Source of the DNA: Candidatus Paceibacter sp.
GTDB lineage: Bacteria; Patescibacteriota; Patescibacteriia; Magasanikbacterales; UBA922
Direction of reading: 5' to 3'
NCBI GenBank assembly: GCA_020725175.1
Contig: DYFM01000006.1
Coordinates: 2,190 to 66,189 of the forward strand
Length of the DNA: 64,000 nt
Made by a program: the position numbers and the translations under genes. The notes under the pieces are model-generated. The model was not told the DNA's origin. It worked only from the letters and a program-made list of their open reading frames with translations, and searched no databases. Shown here one piece after another: positions 18,707-28,822 of the stretch (the first letter of the stretch is position 1; each line of letters opens with the position of its first letter).

Positions 18707-19055
18707 GGCTCGTGAACTGCCTTGAGACACTATTGTTTCGGCAGCAGTGTTGGACCGAACGACTGAGTGGAACCTAACCACTTAGGACAGTCGGCCCAAC
18801 CTCGTCCACCCGGTGCACGTCGTACCGATGCGGACATTTCTCGGGTCGAAAAAGGAGAAAACCATGTGTATTATCATGGTTTTCCTCTACTACGCCCTCA
18901 AGGGGCGTTAGTGGAGGCACGGACCAGCAGCGGAGGTTCGCCGGCAACGGCAGAACCTCCGCTGTCACGGTCCGTGAAGCGGACTTTTATTTCTAAAAGT
19001 ACGCAAGGATACCTTCATCATTTGAGAAATCCGCACTAGCGGTTTTTTGCTTTAT
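18707..19055 (+). ncRNA. Highly structured GC-rich ncRNA of about 350 nt, class unknown; ends in a hairpin plus T-run terminator (CCGCACTAGCGGTTTTTT)
   Basis: Consensus promoter upstream and terminator downstream. Multiple long perfect hairpins (ACGGACCAGCAGCGGAGGUUC-GCCG-GCAA-CGGC-AG-GAACCUCCGCUG..GGUCCGU; GGAAAACCAUG-ugUAUUAu-CAUGGUUUUCC). GC content far above the local background; no credible ORF. Confidence 0.5.
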
Positions 19056-19215
19056 AGAGAGAAAAATTATCCACATTTTGCATATTTCTCTCAGTTGACA
19101 GAAACCTGACTACATGATACACTCTGTTATCCCCTAGAAGAACTGTGGGATAATTTTGCTAAAAAAACATATTTTTTCTTTTGCTTGTCTTAGAACGAAA
19201 CGGTAAACAACCACC

Positions 19216-20367
19216 ATGGCCCTCACACAGATCCAGCAAATTCACCAACTTTTGGAAGACAAAAAACACGTACTTATCACCTTCCGATCGCAATACAGTA
19301 GTGACTCGGTAGCGAGCGCATTGGCTTTGGCATTGTTTTTGAAAAAAATCGGGAAACGAGTTGATATAGTCTCCGATCAGTTTTCTCTTCCGAAACAGTT
19401 GTCCTTTCTCAAACAAAGCGAGGTTATTCAATCACGGTTTCGTCATTTACAAAAATTTATTGTAACGATTGATGTTGCCAAAACCGGACTCAATGAATTG
19501 AGTTATGATGTAAAGGATGAAAAACTTCGAATTTTTATCACCCCGAAAGAAGGCTTTCTCACGCGCGACCAGATTCGAACAGCACAAACCGATTTCAAAT
19601 ATGACATGATCATGGTTATCGATTCGCCGGATCTTTCCTCTCTTGGCTCACTGTATGAAAACAACAGTGATCTCTTTTTCCAACTCCCAATTCTCAATAT
19701 TGATCACGCCCCGCACAATGAACAGTTTGGTCACATCAACATCGTTGATATTACCAAAGTGTCTACTGCCGAGGTAGTCTATGAACTACTAAACCAACTG
19801 GGCGCGGAGTATATTGATGAACCGATTGCCACTGCGCTTTTGACCGGCATGATCGCCAACACTCGCAGCTTTAAAACTGAGCATGTGAAACCGACAACAC
19901 TTACCACTGCCAGTAAACTCATGAGTCTGGGAGCAAAACGTGAGTACATTGTGCAACATTTATACCGTACCAAAACCATTGCGACACTCAAACTTTGGGG
20001 GCAGGCCCTGGCTCACCTTACTTCCTATCCAGATCTTTCATTGGTATCCACTTCTATTACCCGGGAAGACTTTTCTCGCTCAGGAGCAACCGAGCATGAT
20101 TTGTATGATATCGTTGATGAGCTCATCGCCAACGCTCCGGAAGCAAAACTTATTCTCCTTCTCCACGAACACGCTCGCCAAGAAAATGGCGCCGAAACCA
20201 TTCACGCCTTTCTCCATACCACCAAAGACTTTGACGCAAAACTTCTCACCCAACCATTTCATCCCGAAGGGGAACGGCAACGCGTAACTTTTACCCTCCA
20301 GAGCACATCTCTCAAAGAAGCAGAAGATAAGATCATAACCACCATACGAGAACAACAAAAACAATAG
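19216..20367 (+). CDS. DHH-family (NrnA-like) phosphoesterase homologue with degenerate catalytic motifs
   Basis: Collinear with NrnA (N-terminal DHH domain plus DHHA1), but DHH is replaced by DHA and the HxxPDGD motif by RSQYSSDS. Confidence 0.6.
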   Translation: MALTQIQQIHQLLEDKKHVLITFRSQYSSDSVASALALALFLKKIGKRVDIVSDQFSLPKQLSFLKQSEVIQSRFRHLQKFIVTIDVAKTGLNELSYDVKDEKLRIFITPKEGFLTRDQIRTAQTDFKYDMIMVIDSPDLSSLGSLYENNSDLFFQLPILNIDHAPHNEQFGHINIVDITKVSTAEVVYELLNQLGAEYIDEPIATALLTGMIANTRSFKTEHVKPTTLTTASKLMSLGAKREYIVQHLYRTKTIATLKLWGQALAHLTSYPDLSLVSTSITREDFSRSGATEHDLYDIVDELIANAPEAKLILLLHEHARQENGAETIHAFLHTTKDFDAKLLTQPFHPEGERQRVTFTLQSTSLKEAEDKIITTIREQQKQ

Positions 20368-20395
20368 AACCGCACCTAGCGGTTCTATTGTTTTA

Positions 20396-21979
20396 CTACA
20401 CCAGACTCCTCCCAGTCATTTCTAGCGGCTGTTCAATGCCGAGAATCTTAAGCATGGTAGGTGCGACATCGGCGAGCATGCCAACCGGAGGAAGTAAACT
20501 CAAATCGCCGTTTGGCGGATCTCCCGACGGTCCGGCCTGTCCATGAAACTGCTCACCTATGATATACAATGGAACAAGATTTGTACTATGTTCTTTATCC
20601 ATTTCCGTGGTTTGTAGATTCACGACTTCTTCCGCATTCCCATGATCTGCGGTAATAAGAAGCACTCCACCTTTAGCAAGGACATGAGCCGCAATGTCAC
20701 CCAAACAGGTATCGACTGTTTCACAGCCACGAATTGTTGCTTCCAAATTGCCGGTATGTCCCACCATATCTCCATTGGCAAAGTTGATCAAAATAGTATC
20801 ATATTGTTCTGCATCAATGGCTTTCACCACATCTTTAGCTATCTCCCGCGCAGACATTTCCGGTGCTTGGTCATAAGAAGCAACTTTTGGAGACGGAATA
20901 ATTTTTCGCTCTTCTCCCGGAAAGGGATCCTCTATCGTTCCATTTAGGAAAAAAGTGATATGCGCGTACTTTTCTGTTTCCGCTACATGGTACTGCGTTA
21001 AACCTTCTTTACTAATTACTTCCGCCAAACTGTTATGAATGATGACCGGCGGAAATGCTACCGTAACCGGAATTTCTTTTTCATACTCTGTCATTGCCAC
21101 AAAATTTAGATCATTGATATATGTTCGTTCAAATTTGGTAAACGCCGGGAGCACAAAAGCCTGAGTGATTTCTCGTGCTCGATCAGCTCGAAAATTAAAA
21201 AAGATTAACGCATCTCCTGACTCTACCGTAGCTACTGGCTTTTCTTTTGTCCCAATAACTGTTGGAACAAATTCTTCATCATATATTTTTTTTTCGTAAG
21301 AGGCCTCAATCGCCGTAATCGGATCTGTAGCATAGTCTTTGGCAATACCCTCCGCAATCGCTCGATACGCAGCCTCCACCCGATCCCAACGATTATCACG
21401 ATCCATTGCCCAATATCTTCCCATCAAAGAAGCTATTTTCCCCACTCCTAATTCTTTCATCTTTTCTTGTAACTGCTCAATAAATCCTTTTCCGCCGTTG
21501 TACAGTGCATCGCGTCCATCCATCATAGCGTGGACATACACCTCTTTCAAGCCATGTTTTGCGGCCAGTTCTAGGAGTGCAAAACAATGACTATCACTGG
21601 CATGGATATTCCCCGGACTCACCAGTCCCATGATATGAAGTTTGGACTTATTCTTTTTCACTTGTTCAACTGCTTGCAAAAATGCGGCGTTTTCAAAAAA
21701 AGAACCATCATCAATCGCTTTATTGATACGTGGAAACGTCTGATAATAAATTCTACCCGCACCTATGTTTAAATGTCCCACCTCTGAATTACCCATTTCT
21801 CCAAACGCCAGTCCAACTTCATTCCCGGACGCACGAATCGCCATAACTGGATACTCACGAGCGAATCGATCCAAGTTTGGTGTTTTTGCTTTGGTAATCG
21901 CGTTTCCGTCACCATCAGGTGCGATGCCCCAGCCATCGAGAATGGCAAGCACTACCGGACAAGGTCTTGACTTATTCAT
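20396..21979 (-). CDS. gpmI: 2,3-bisphosphoglycerate-independent phosphoglycerate mutase
   Basis: VVLAILDGWG N-terminus, metal-binding Ser region, ADHGN C-terminal motif; 527 aa. Confidence 0.9.
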   Translation of the reverse strand: MNKSRPCPVVLAILDGWGIAPDGDGNAITKAKTPNLDRFAREYPVMAIRASGNEVGLAFGEMGNSEVGHLNIGAGRIYYQTFPRINKAIDDGSFFENAAFLQAVEQVKKNKSKLHIMGLVSPGNIHASDSHCFALLELAAKHGLKEVYVHAMMDGRDALYNGGKGFIEQLQEKMKELGVGKIASLMGRYWAMDRDNRWDRVEAAYRAIAEGIAKDYATDPITAIEASYEKKIYDEEFVPTVIGTKEKPVATVESGDALIFFNFRADRAREITQAFVLPAFTKFERTYINDLNFVAMTEYEKEIPVTVAFPPVIIHNSLAEVISKEGLTQYHVAETEKYAHITFFLNGTIEDPFPGEERKIIPSPKVASYDQAPEMSAREIAKDVVKAIDAEQYDTILINFANGDMVGHTGNLEATIRGCETVDTCLGDIAAHVLAKGGVLLITADHGNAEEVVNLQTTEMDKEHSTNLVPLYIIGEQFHGQAGPSGDPPNGDLSLLPPVGMLADVAPTMLKILGIEQPLEMTGRSLV

Positions 21980-22016
21980 ATTGGATAAAGAATAAAAACA
22001 AAAAGTAGTTCAGAAA

Positions 22017-22140
22017 TCCCAAGACACAAGAAACAAGATACAAACAAATTTCAAATATCAAATGACAATTTCTCAAATGTATTGGGATTTTGATATTGTC
22101 TATTGAGCTTTGTTTGGAAATTGTACCTTGTGTCTTGGGA
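22017..22140. repeat. Intergenic inverted repeat (TCCCAAGACACAAG ... CTTGTGTCTTGGGA) enclosing about 95 nt
   Basis: 14-bp perfect inverted repeat between the two gpmI paralogs. Confidence 0.4.
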
Positions 22141-22141
22141 T

Positions 22142-23722
22142 TTACAATAATGATGTTCCAGTCATTTCTTTTGGTTTTGGAATGTGTAGTAATTTTAAAA
22201 TAGTCGGTGCCACATCAGCCAACCGTCCATTTTTTCTAAGTAGCTTCTTTGGCAGATTATTTGAAATTAAAATAAACGGTACTGGATTGGTCGTATGTTC
22301 TGTCATCATCTCGCCGGTTTTTTCATCAATCATTTGTTCCGCGTTTCCGTGATCAGCAGTAATACACACTTGTCCATTTTGCTTCAGTACCGCTTGTACT
22401 AATCGATCAACTTCTTTATCAAGAATATGAACTGCTTTTTTTGCGGCCTGGAAATTTCCAGTATGCCCAACCATGTCAGCGTTTGGGAGGTTCACGACAA
22501 TAAAATCATACGTACCTTTTGAAAAATAGCCAATTATTTTTCGCGTCACTTCTTTCGTCATCATTTGCGGAAGATCAGCATACGTATAGTGTCCAGAAGA
22601 ACGAATAAGTTCTCGATCTTCACCATTGATAGGGTCCGCAAAACCGCCATTGATAAAGTAAGTCACATGCGCATACTTTTCTGTTTCTGAAATGTACAAC
22701 TGTTTTCTGGTTTCACCAATTGCCTTGGCAAGACACATCTGAATATCCGGACTCGGAAAGGCGGTCAACACTCGAGACAGATCCGGTCCAAAATCTGACA
22801 TAGCCACAAAACAGATGTTTCGAAGCACCTTTTTTCGTTTGAATGATCCGGGATTTAATTTGTTAAATGCCGGCTGGACAAAGGCTTTTGTCAACTGTCG
22901 CGCTCGATCACTCCGTGCGTTGAAAAAAATTACCGCATCACCTTCATCCACCATAGCCAATGGTTTTCCGTTTTTTTGTATGACAGTTGGGTGAAGATAT
23001 TCATCGGTTTCATTTCTATTATACCCTTGTTCAATAGCCTCTTCAGCACTTACAGCCTTATGTTCTGCTTTTCCTCTTACAATTGCATCATACGCCATTT
23101 CGGTACGGTGCCACAACTTGTTTCGATCCATAGCATAAAATCTCCCCATGATTGATGCTATGCGTACTCGTGGTGTGAGTTGTTTTTGCAGTTGTTTCAA
23201 ATATTTAATCGCTGAGTGTGGAGAAGAATCACGTCCATCCGTAAAAAGATGTACATACACGTGCTTAACCCGCCTCAGTTCGCAATAACGAAGTAATGCG
23301 TACAAATGCTCAGGATGTGCGTGTGCACTATCACCGTCAGTCAAGAGCCCCATAACATGAACCGCACCACGATGTTTTTTTGCATGTCGAACCGCTTGTT
23401 CAAATGATGGATTGTTGAAAAATGTTTTGTTTTTAATTGCCTCAGAAATTCGAACCAAATCCTGCTCGACAATTCTCCCAGCCCCAATATTGAAATGCCC
23501 GGCTTCAGAGTTTCCTTCTTGCCCCACGAACAGTCCCACGTCTTTACCGTGTGCCTTGAGGGTTGTACTAGGATATTTTTTCATATACGCAAATATGTGC
23601 GGTACTGTTTCCGGCGTGATGGCATTTCCCGGTTTCTTCGGATCAGCAAGTCCAAATCCATCAAGAATAATCAGAAGAGTAGGGGGAATTTTTTGACTTG
23701 TTTTTGGGAATTTTGTGACCAT
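22142..23722 (-). CDS. Second iPGM-family paralog (phosphoglycerate mutase or related phosphopentomutase-like metalloenzyme)
   Basis: LLIILDGFG, GHFNIGAG, ADHGN motifs. Start set at MVTKFPK; the upstream ORF extension runs into GC-rich repeat B. Confidence 0.8.
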   Translation of the reverse strand: MVTKFPKTSQKIPPTLLIILDGFGLADPKKPGNAITPETVPHIFAYMKKYPSTTLKAHGKDVGLFVGQEGNSEAGHFNIGAGRIVEQDLVRISEAIKNKTFFNNPSFEQAVRHAKKHRGAVHVMGLLTDGDSAHAHPEHLYALLRYCELRRVKHVYVHLFTDGRDSSPHSAIKYLKQLQKQLTPRVRIASIMGRFYAMDRNKLWHRTEMAYDAIVRGKAEHKAVSAEEAIEQGYNRNETDEYLHPTVIQKNGKPLAMVDEGDAVIFFNARSDRARQLTKAFVQPAFNKLNPGSFKRKKVLRNICFVAMSDFGPDLSRVLTAFPSPDIQMCLAKAIGETRKQLYISETEKYAHVTYFINGGFADPINGEDRELIRSSGHYTYADLPQMMTKEVTRKIIGYFSKGTYDFIVVNLPNADMVGHTGNFQAAKKAVHILDKEVDRLVQAVLKQNGQVCITADHGNAEQMIDEKTGEMMTEHTTNPVPFILISNNLPKKLLRKNGRLADVAPTILKLLHIPKPKEMTGTSLL

Positions 23723-23829
23723 AGTACAAATACTATAGCGTAAAATGGGAGATAAATCAACCATAAAAAAGTGCTGTACAACACTTTTTATATTCAGAAA
23801 CACAGATAATCCCTCTCGATTCAATGAAT

Positions 23830-23985
23830 GTCCCCGCAGCACGTGTCCGCCTGGGGTGGAAGCTGACGGGGTATCGCTATAGGTAGTTTTTCCCGATCAA
23901 ATCGGGAGAGAATAAAACCCTCGTCCGCCTTGCTTTGCACGCCTTGCTTGTCCGCCTTGGGTGGGGGCTGTGGGCGGATTAAACA
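23830..23985. repeat. GC-rich dispersed repeat, copy B (full length)
   Basis: Aligns with copy A over about 150 nt; the internal hairpin is changed with compensation (CCCGATcaaATCGGG versus CCGTAGCaaGCTACGG); terminal GGCGGATTAAAC. Confidence 0.6.
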
Positions 23986-24027
23986 AACACTTACACGCAC
24001 AACCTCTTCTTTCTTCATTTGGTTATT

Positions 24028-25321
<1,294 letters not shown>

Positions 25322-25491
25322 TTAATAGTTTATTGGTAAAATAGTTTATTGGTGTGATGGTTTATTTTTGATCATGCATAAACAAAAATAACCTATAAGC
25401 AACCAGATAAACATTCAAACTAATGAACAAATTCGCTACCATTATAACAAAAAACACACCTCCTGAGAAGTGTGTTTTATGATCTATATTA

Positions 25492-26355
25492 TTACTCAAT
25501 CTCAAACGTAACACTCACATTCATCACCACATCATTTGTTCCTGGCTCTATCTGTGGCGCAGCCTCAGTTTTCATCATCATGTCTCCCATACCATAAAGT
25601 GGGTACGGACCATTTCCACCTTCGTACTCATTGTAACTCACAATCTCTGTAATAGAGACACCAAGTTTTTTCGCCAAATGATTGGCTTTTTCATACACCT
25701 TCCGCAGTGCCTCATCACGCGCTTCAGCCATATAAACATCACGATCATCAATGGTAAATGAAAGTCCGCCGACATTGTTGAGTCCAAGTTCTCCCGCAAG
25801 AGCCAGTACTTGGTTTGCTTTGGCAAGATCTCGAATTTTTACGGTTACTGTATTACTTACTTCATAACCGGTCAATTGTCTCTCCCCTTCCGGTGGATAG
25901 GTGTACCGTGGAGACACCGAATAATTACTGGTCTGAATATCTTTTTTCTCAATACCCAGTTCCGCCAATTTTTGGATCGCATTATTCATTGCCTCAGTAT
26001 TTTTTTGTTGCGCCTCAGACACGGTCGCTCCTTGACTGATAACTCCAAGCGAGGTCATAGCTATGTCCGGAGTAGCGGTTACTTTTGCTTGCGCCTCAAG
26101 GGTAATGGTTTTTATAGGCTTTTCCGCCTGGCCAATATACTCAAAACGTTCAATGTTATTACGAATCAACGTTCCTACCCACACAATGAGATAGGCAAGA
26201 AGAATTCCAGCTAAAGCTAGAAATATTTTTCGAGCAAATTCTCCAGCCGTTACTTTATGAATCCATGATTCTGAACAAGATTGTTCGAAACAACAATCAT
26301 GAGCTAGTTCTGGTGACGATGACCTCATCGTCGAAGATGTTTTTTTGACAGGCAT
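25492..26355 (-). CDS. SIMPL-domain (DUF541) secreted/periplasmic protein
   Basis: N-terminal membrane anchor, followed by the KVTATPDIAMTSLGV..A..N pattern typical of SIMPL / 26-kDa periplasmic protein family. Confidence 0.65.
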   Translation of the reverse strand: MPVKKTSSTMRSSSPELAHDCCFEQSCSESWIHKVTAGEFARKIFLALAGILLAYLIVWVGTLIRNNIERFEYIGQAEKPIKTITLEAQAKVTATPDIAMTSLGVISQGATVSEAQQKNTEAMNNAIQKLAELGIEKKDIQTSNYSVSPRYTYPPEGERQLTGYEVSNTVTVKIRDLAKANQVLALAGELGLNNVGGLSFTIDDRDVYMAEARDEALRKVYEKANHLAKKLGVSITEIVSYNEYEGGNGPYPLYGMGDMMMKTEAAPQIEPGTNDVVMNVSVTFEIE

Positions 26356-26460
26356 ATGTTTTAAGTCTAAATTCTAAAGTCTAAAGTTATAAGTAATAAT
26401 CCAAAATCAATGCGCATGACTTTAGACGTATAACTTATGACTTCAGTACTTCAAGCATAC
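26356..26460. repeat. Intergenic palindromic AAGTCTAAAG-type repeat cluster
   Basis: TAAGTCTAAATTCTAAAGTCTAAAGTTATAAGT ... CATGACTTTAGACGTATAACTTATGACTT, an imperfect inverted arrangement. Confidence 0.4.
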
Positions 26461-26470
26461 CACACTCCCC

Positions 26471-27676
26471 TCATTTCTCCAAAACAAGCATTCCCGGTAA
26501 TTTCTTGCCACTCAAAAATTCTAGCATGGCACCACCACCGGTTGAAACCAAATCTACCCATTCAAGCATCTTTACTCGTTCCATCGCTTGAATAGTCTCT
26601 CCCCCTCCTATGACGCCATAGGCCGGTCCTTTAGAAACGGTCGCTACGAGACGGGCAATTGCCAGTGTGCCAACATCATACGGTTTTTGTTCAAAGTATC
26701 CCATCGCTCCATTCCATACTAGCGTCAGAGCGGACTTAATGTACAAAGAGTAGAGCTGAACGGTTTTCGGGCCAATATCCAAAATCATCTCTCCTTTTTT
26801 GCAAATCTGATGCGGTGTTTTTTTCAGTTCCACCACACGATATTGTTTCCCGTTTGATGTACCTACTACCACGTCCACCGGCTTCACAATTTTTTTCTTT
26901 TTCAACAGTTGCAAGGCTTGTTTTTTGAACTGCTTATCTACCACCGAGTCACCCACTCGATACCCCAGTGCCCACAAATAGGTATTTACAATCCCCCCAC
27001 CGATGAGCACCTGGTCTACTTTGGGCAACAGTTTTTGTATCACCGGTAACTTGGTTTCTATTTTTACTCCGCCCATAATAACCACAAATGGTGCTTTTGG
27101 TTTTTCAAGTACTCGAGAAAGTCCTTTGATTTCTTTTTCAAAAAGAAGTCCAGCAAAAGATGGCAACAGTTTTGCTACCCCAGTTACTGAAGCAGCAGTC
27201 CGATGCGACACTGCAAACCCATCAAGGACAAATATGTCAGCCAATACCGACAGCTGCTCCGCCAACCGAATATCATTTTGTTCTTCACTAACGGCAAAAC
27301 GAATATTCTCCATCACCATGACATCTCCTGCTTGCATCGCATCAATTTGTTGTACCACAGTCCCCAACTGTTTATCAGTTAATTTCCAGTTTCTTGTTTC
27401 CAGTTTCCCAACATTCTTTCCTAGTAATTCCGAGAGTTTTTTTACAATCGGATCAACTTTAAGACTGGGAACAACCTTTCCTTCCGGCCTTCCCACATGA
27501 GTAACAAGGATTACTTTTGCCCCCTTGTCGGTAAGATACTGAATTGTTGGCAGTGAAGCTTGAATTTTTGTGTCATCAATAATTGTTCCTTTTTTCATTG
27601 GTACGTTAAAATCCGCCCGGAGAAGGACGGTATTTTTTTTTAAATTTTTCTTTTTTGAAATAACATTAATACCCAT
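26471..27676 (-). CDS. pgk: Phosphoglycerate kinase
   Basis: LLRADFNVP N-terminal motif, Gly-rich nucleotide loop GGGA, length 401 aa. Confidence 0.9.
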   Translation of the reverse strand: MGINVISKKKNLKKNTVLLRADFNVPMKKGTIIDDTKIQASLPTIQYLTDKGAKVILVTHVGRPEGKVVPSLKVDPIVKKLSELLGKNVGKLETRNWKLTDKQLGTVVQQIDAMQAGDVMVMENIRFAVSEEQNDIRLAEQLSVLADIFVLDGFAVSHRTAASVTGVAKLLPSFAGLLFEKEIKGLSRVLEKPKAPFVVIMGGVKIETKLPVIQKLLPKVDQVLIGGGIVNTYLWALGYRVGDSVVDKQFKKQALQLLKKKKIVKPVDVVVGTSNGKQYRVVELKKTPHQICKKGEMILDIGPKTVQLYSLYIKSALTLVWNGAMGYFEQKPYDVGTLAIARLVATVSKGPAYGVIGGGETIQAMERVKMLEWVDLVSTGGGAMLEFLSGKKLPGMLVLEK

Positions 27677-27752
27677 AATTTTTATGCTATTTTACTTTTT
27701 TACCATCCTCACCTCGCATATCTGCATCAGTACGAAAATCTTTTTCCATACT

Positions 27753-28757
27753 TCAGATTCTTTTTCCTACCCGCTCCACCAACTCAACCAATCGATTGGC
27801 ATAACCCCATTCATTATCATACCACGCAACTACTTTCACCAGATTTCCATCAACAACATTGGTAAGAGATAAATCAACCGTAGAAGAATGAGGGTCGCCG
27901 ATAAAGTCACTGGATACAAGTGGTTCGCTCGTAACAGCCAACACTCCCTTCAAATAGGTTTTGGCAGCTTTTGTAAGTGCTTGATTCACTTGTTCTTTGG
28001 TAACCTGTTTCTTTAAGAGCACTGTCACATCAGACAGCGAAACAGTCACAGTTGGTACGCGAAACGCTACACCATCAAATCGATTTTCCAGTGCCGGAAT
28101 AACTTTAGTCACCGCAATTGCCGCGCCGGTAGACGTAGGAACAATATTTTGCGCGGCAGCTCGAGCCCGACGGAGATCCTTGTGTGGACCGTCTTGTAAG
28201 TTTTGATCAGCCGTGTAAGAATGAATCGTTGAAAGCATAGCTTTTTCTACTCCAAATTGCTGTTCAAGGACCATCATAACCGGAGCGATACTGTTGGTAG
28301 TACATGACGCATTATCAACAATTTTTTCTAAGATAGTCTCAGTATCACTCACCCCAATAAGACAAGAAGAAACACCCTCACCTTTGGCCGGTGCCGAAAT
28401 TACTACCCGCTTTGCCCCGGCTTTTAGATGTAAACTCGCCCCATCTTTGGAAGTAAAATGACCGGTTGATTCTATAACTACATCCACATCCAGTTTTTTC
28501 CAAGGTAATACACTCGGATCTTTTTCAGCATAGACTGCTATCTTTTTGCTACCTACGTTTAAGTGTGTTTCATCAAATCCAACCTTGGCAGCAAAATCGG
28601 GATAGGCCGTATCATATTTCAATAAATGTGCCAGTGTCTTAGTATCGGTCAAATCATTAACCGCCACAATCTCAAGTTGTTTTTTCTGCCAGGCAACTTT
28701 GAATGCATGACGACCAATTCTCCCAAAGCCATTGATAGCAACACGAATCTTTTTCAT
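27753..28757 (-). CDS. gap: Glyceraldehyde-3-phosphate dehydrogenase
   Basis: INGFGRIGR NAD-binding motif; active-site SCTTNS. Confidence 0.95.
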   Translation of the reverse strand: MKKIRVAINGFGRIGRHAFKVAWQKKQLEIVAVNDLTDTKTLAHLLKYDTAYPDFAAKVGFDETHLNVGSKKIAVYAEKDPSVLPWKKLDVDVVIESTGHFTSKDGASLHLKAGAKRVVISAPAKGEGVSSCLIGVSDTETILEKIVDNASCTTNSIAPVMMVLEQQFGVEKAMLSTIHSYTADQNLQDGPHKDLRRARAAAQNIVPTSTGAAIAVTKVIPALENRFDGVAFRVPTVTVSLSDVTVLLKKQVTKEQVNQALTKAAKTYLKGVLAVTSEPLVSSDFIGDPHSSTVDLSLTNVVDGNLVKVVAWYDNEWGYANRLVELVERVGKRI

Positions 28758-28822
28758 AAAAAGACAACATTAATGATAAGTATTCATATCATAGCATAGC
28801 TCGGTAAAAAAAAGAAGAGGAT

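Noticed and set aside
18767-19039. 90-aa ORF (MEPNHLGQSAQPRPPG...) from the ORF track
   Set aside because: It lies wholly within the GC-rich hairpin-forming region, has no RBS and carries composition-driven Pro/Arg/Gly content; it is almost certainly non-coding.
18707-19055. tmRNA (ssrA) or SRP RNA identity for the structured ncRNA
   Set aside because: No tRNA-like acceptor/T-arm (GGUUCGAxUCC) near the 3' end, no tag-ORF ending in ..AA-stop, and no SRP domain-IV motif in the correct arrangement. The class is therefore left unknown.
19064-19072. Perfect DnaA box TTATCCACA suggesting oriC
   Set aside because: It is a single isolated box with no cluster, no AT-rich DNA-unwinding element and no dnaA/dnaN nearby. 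This is insufficient to call an origin.
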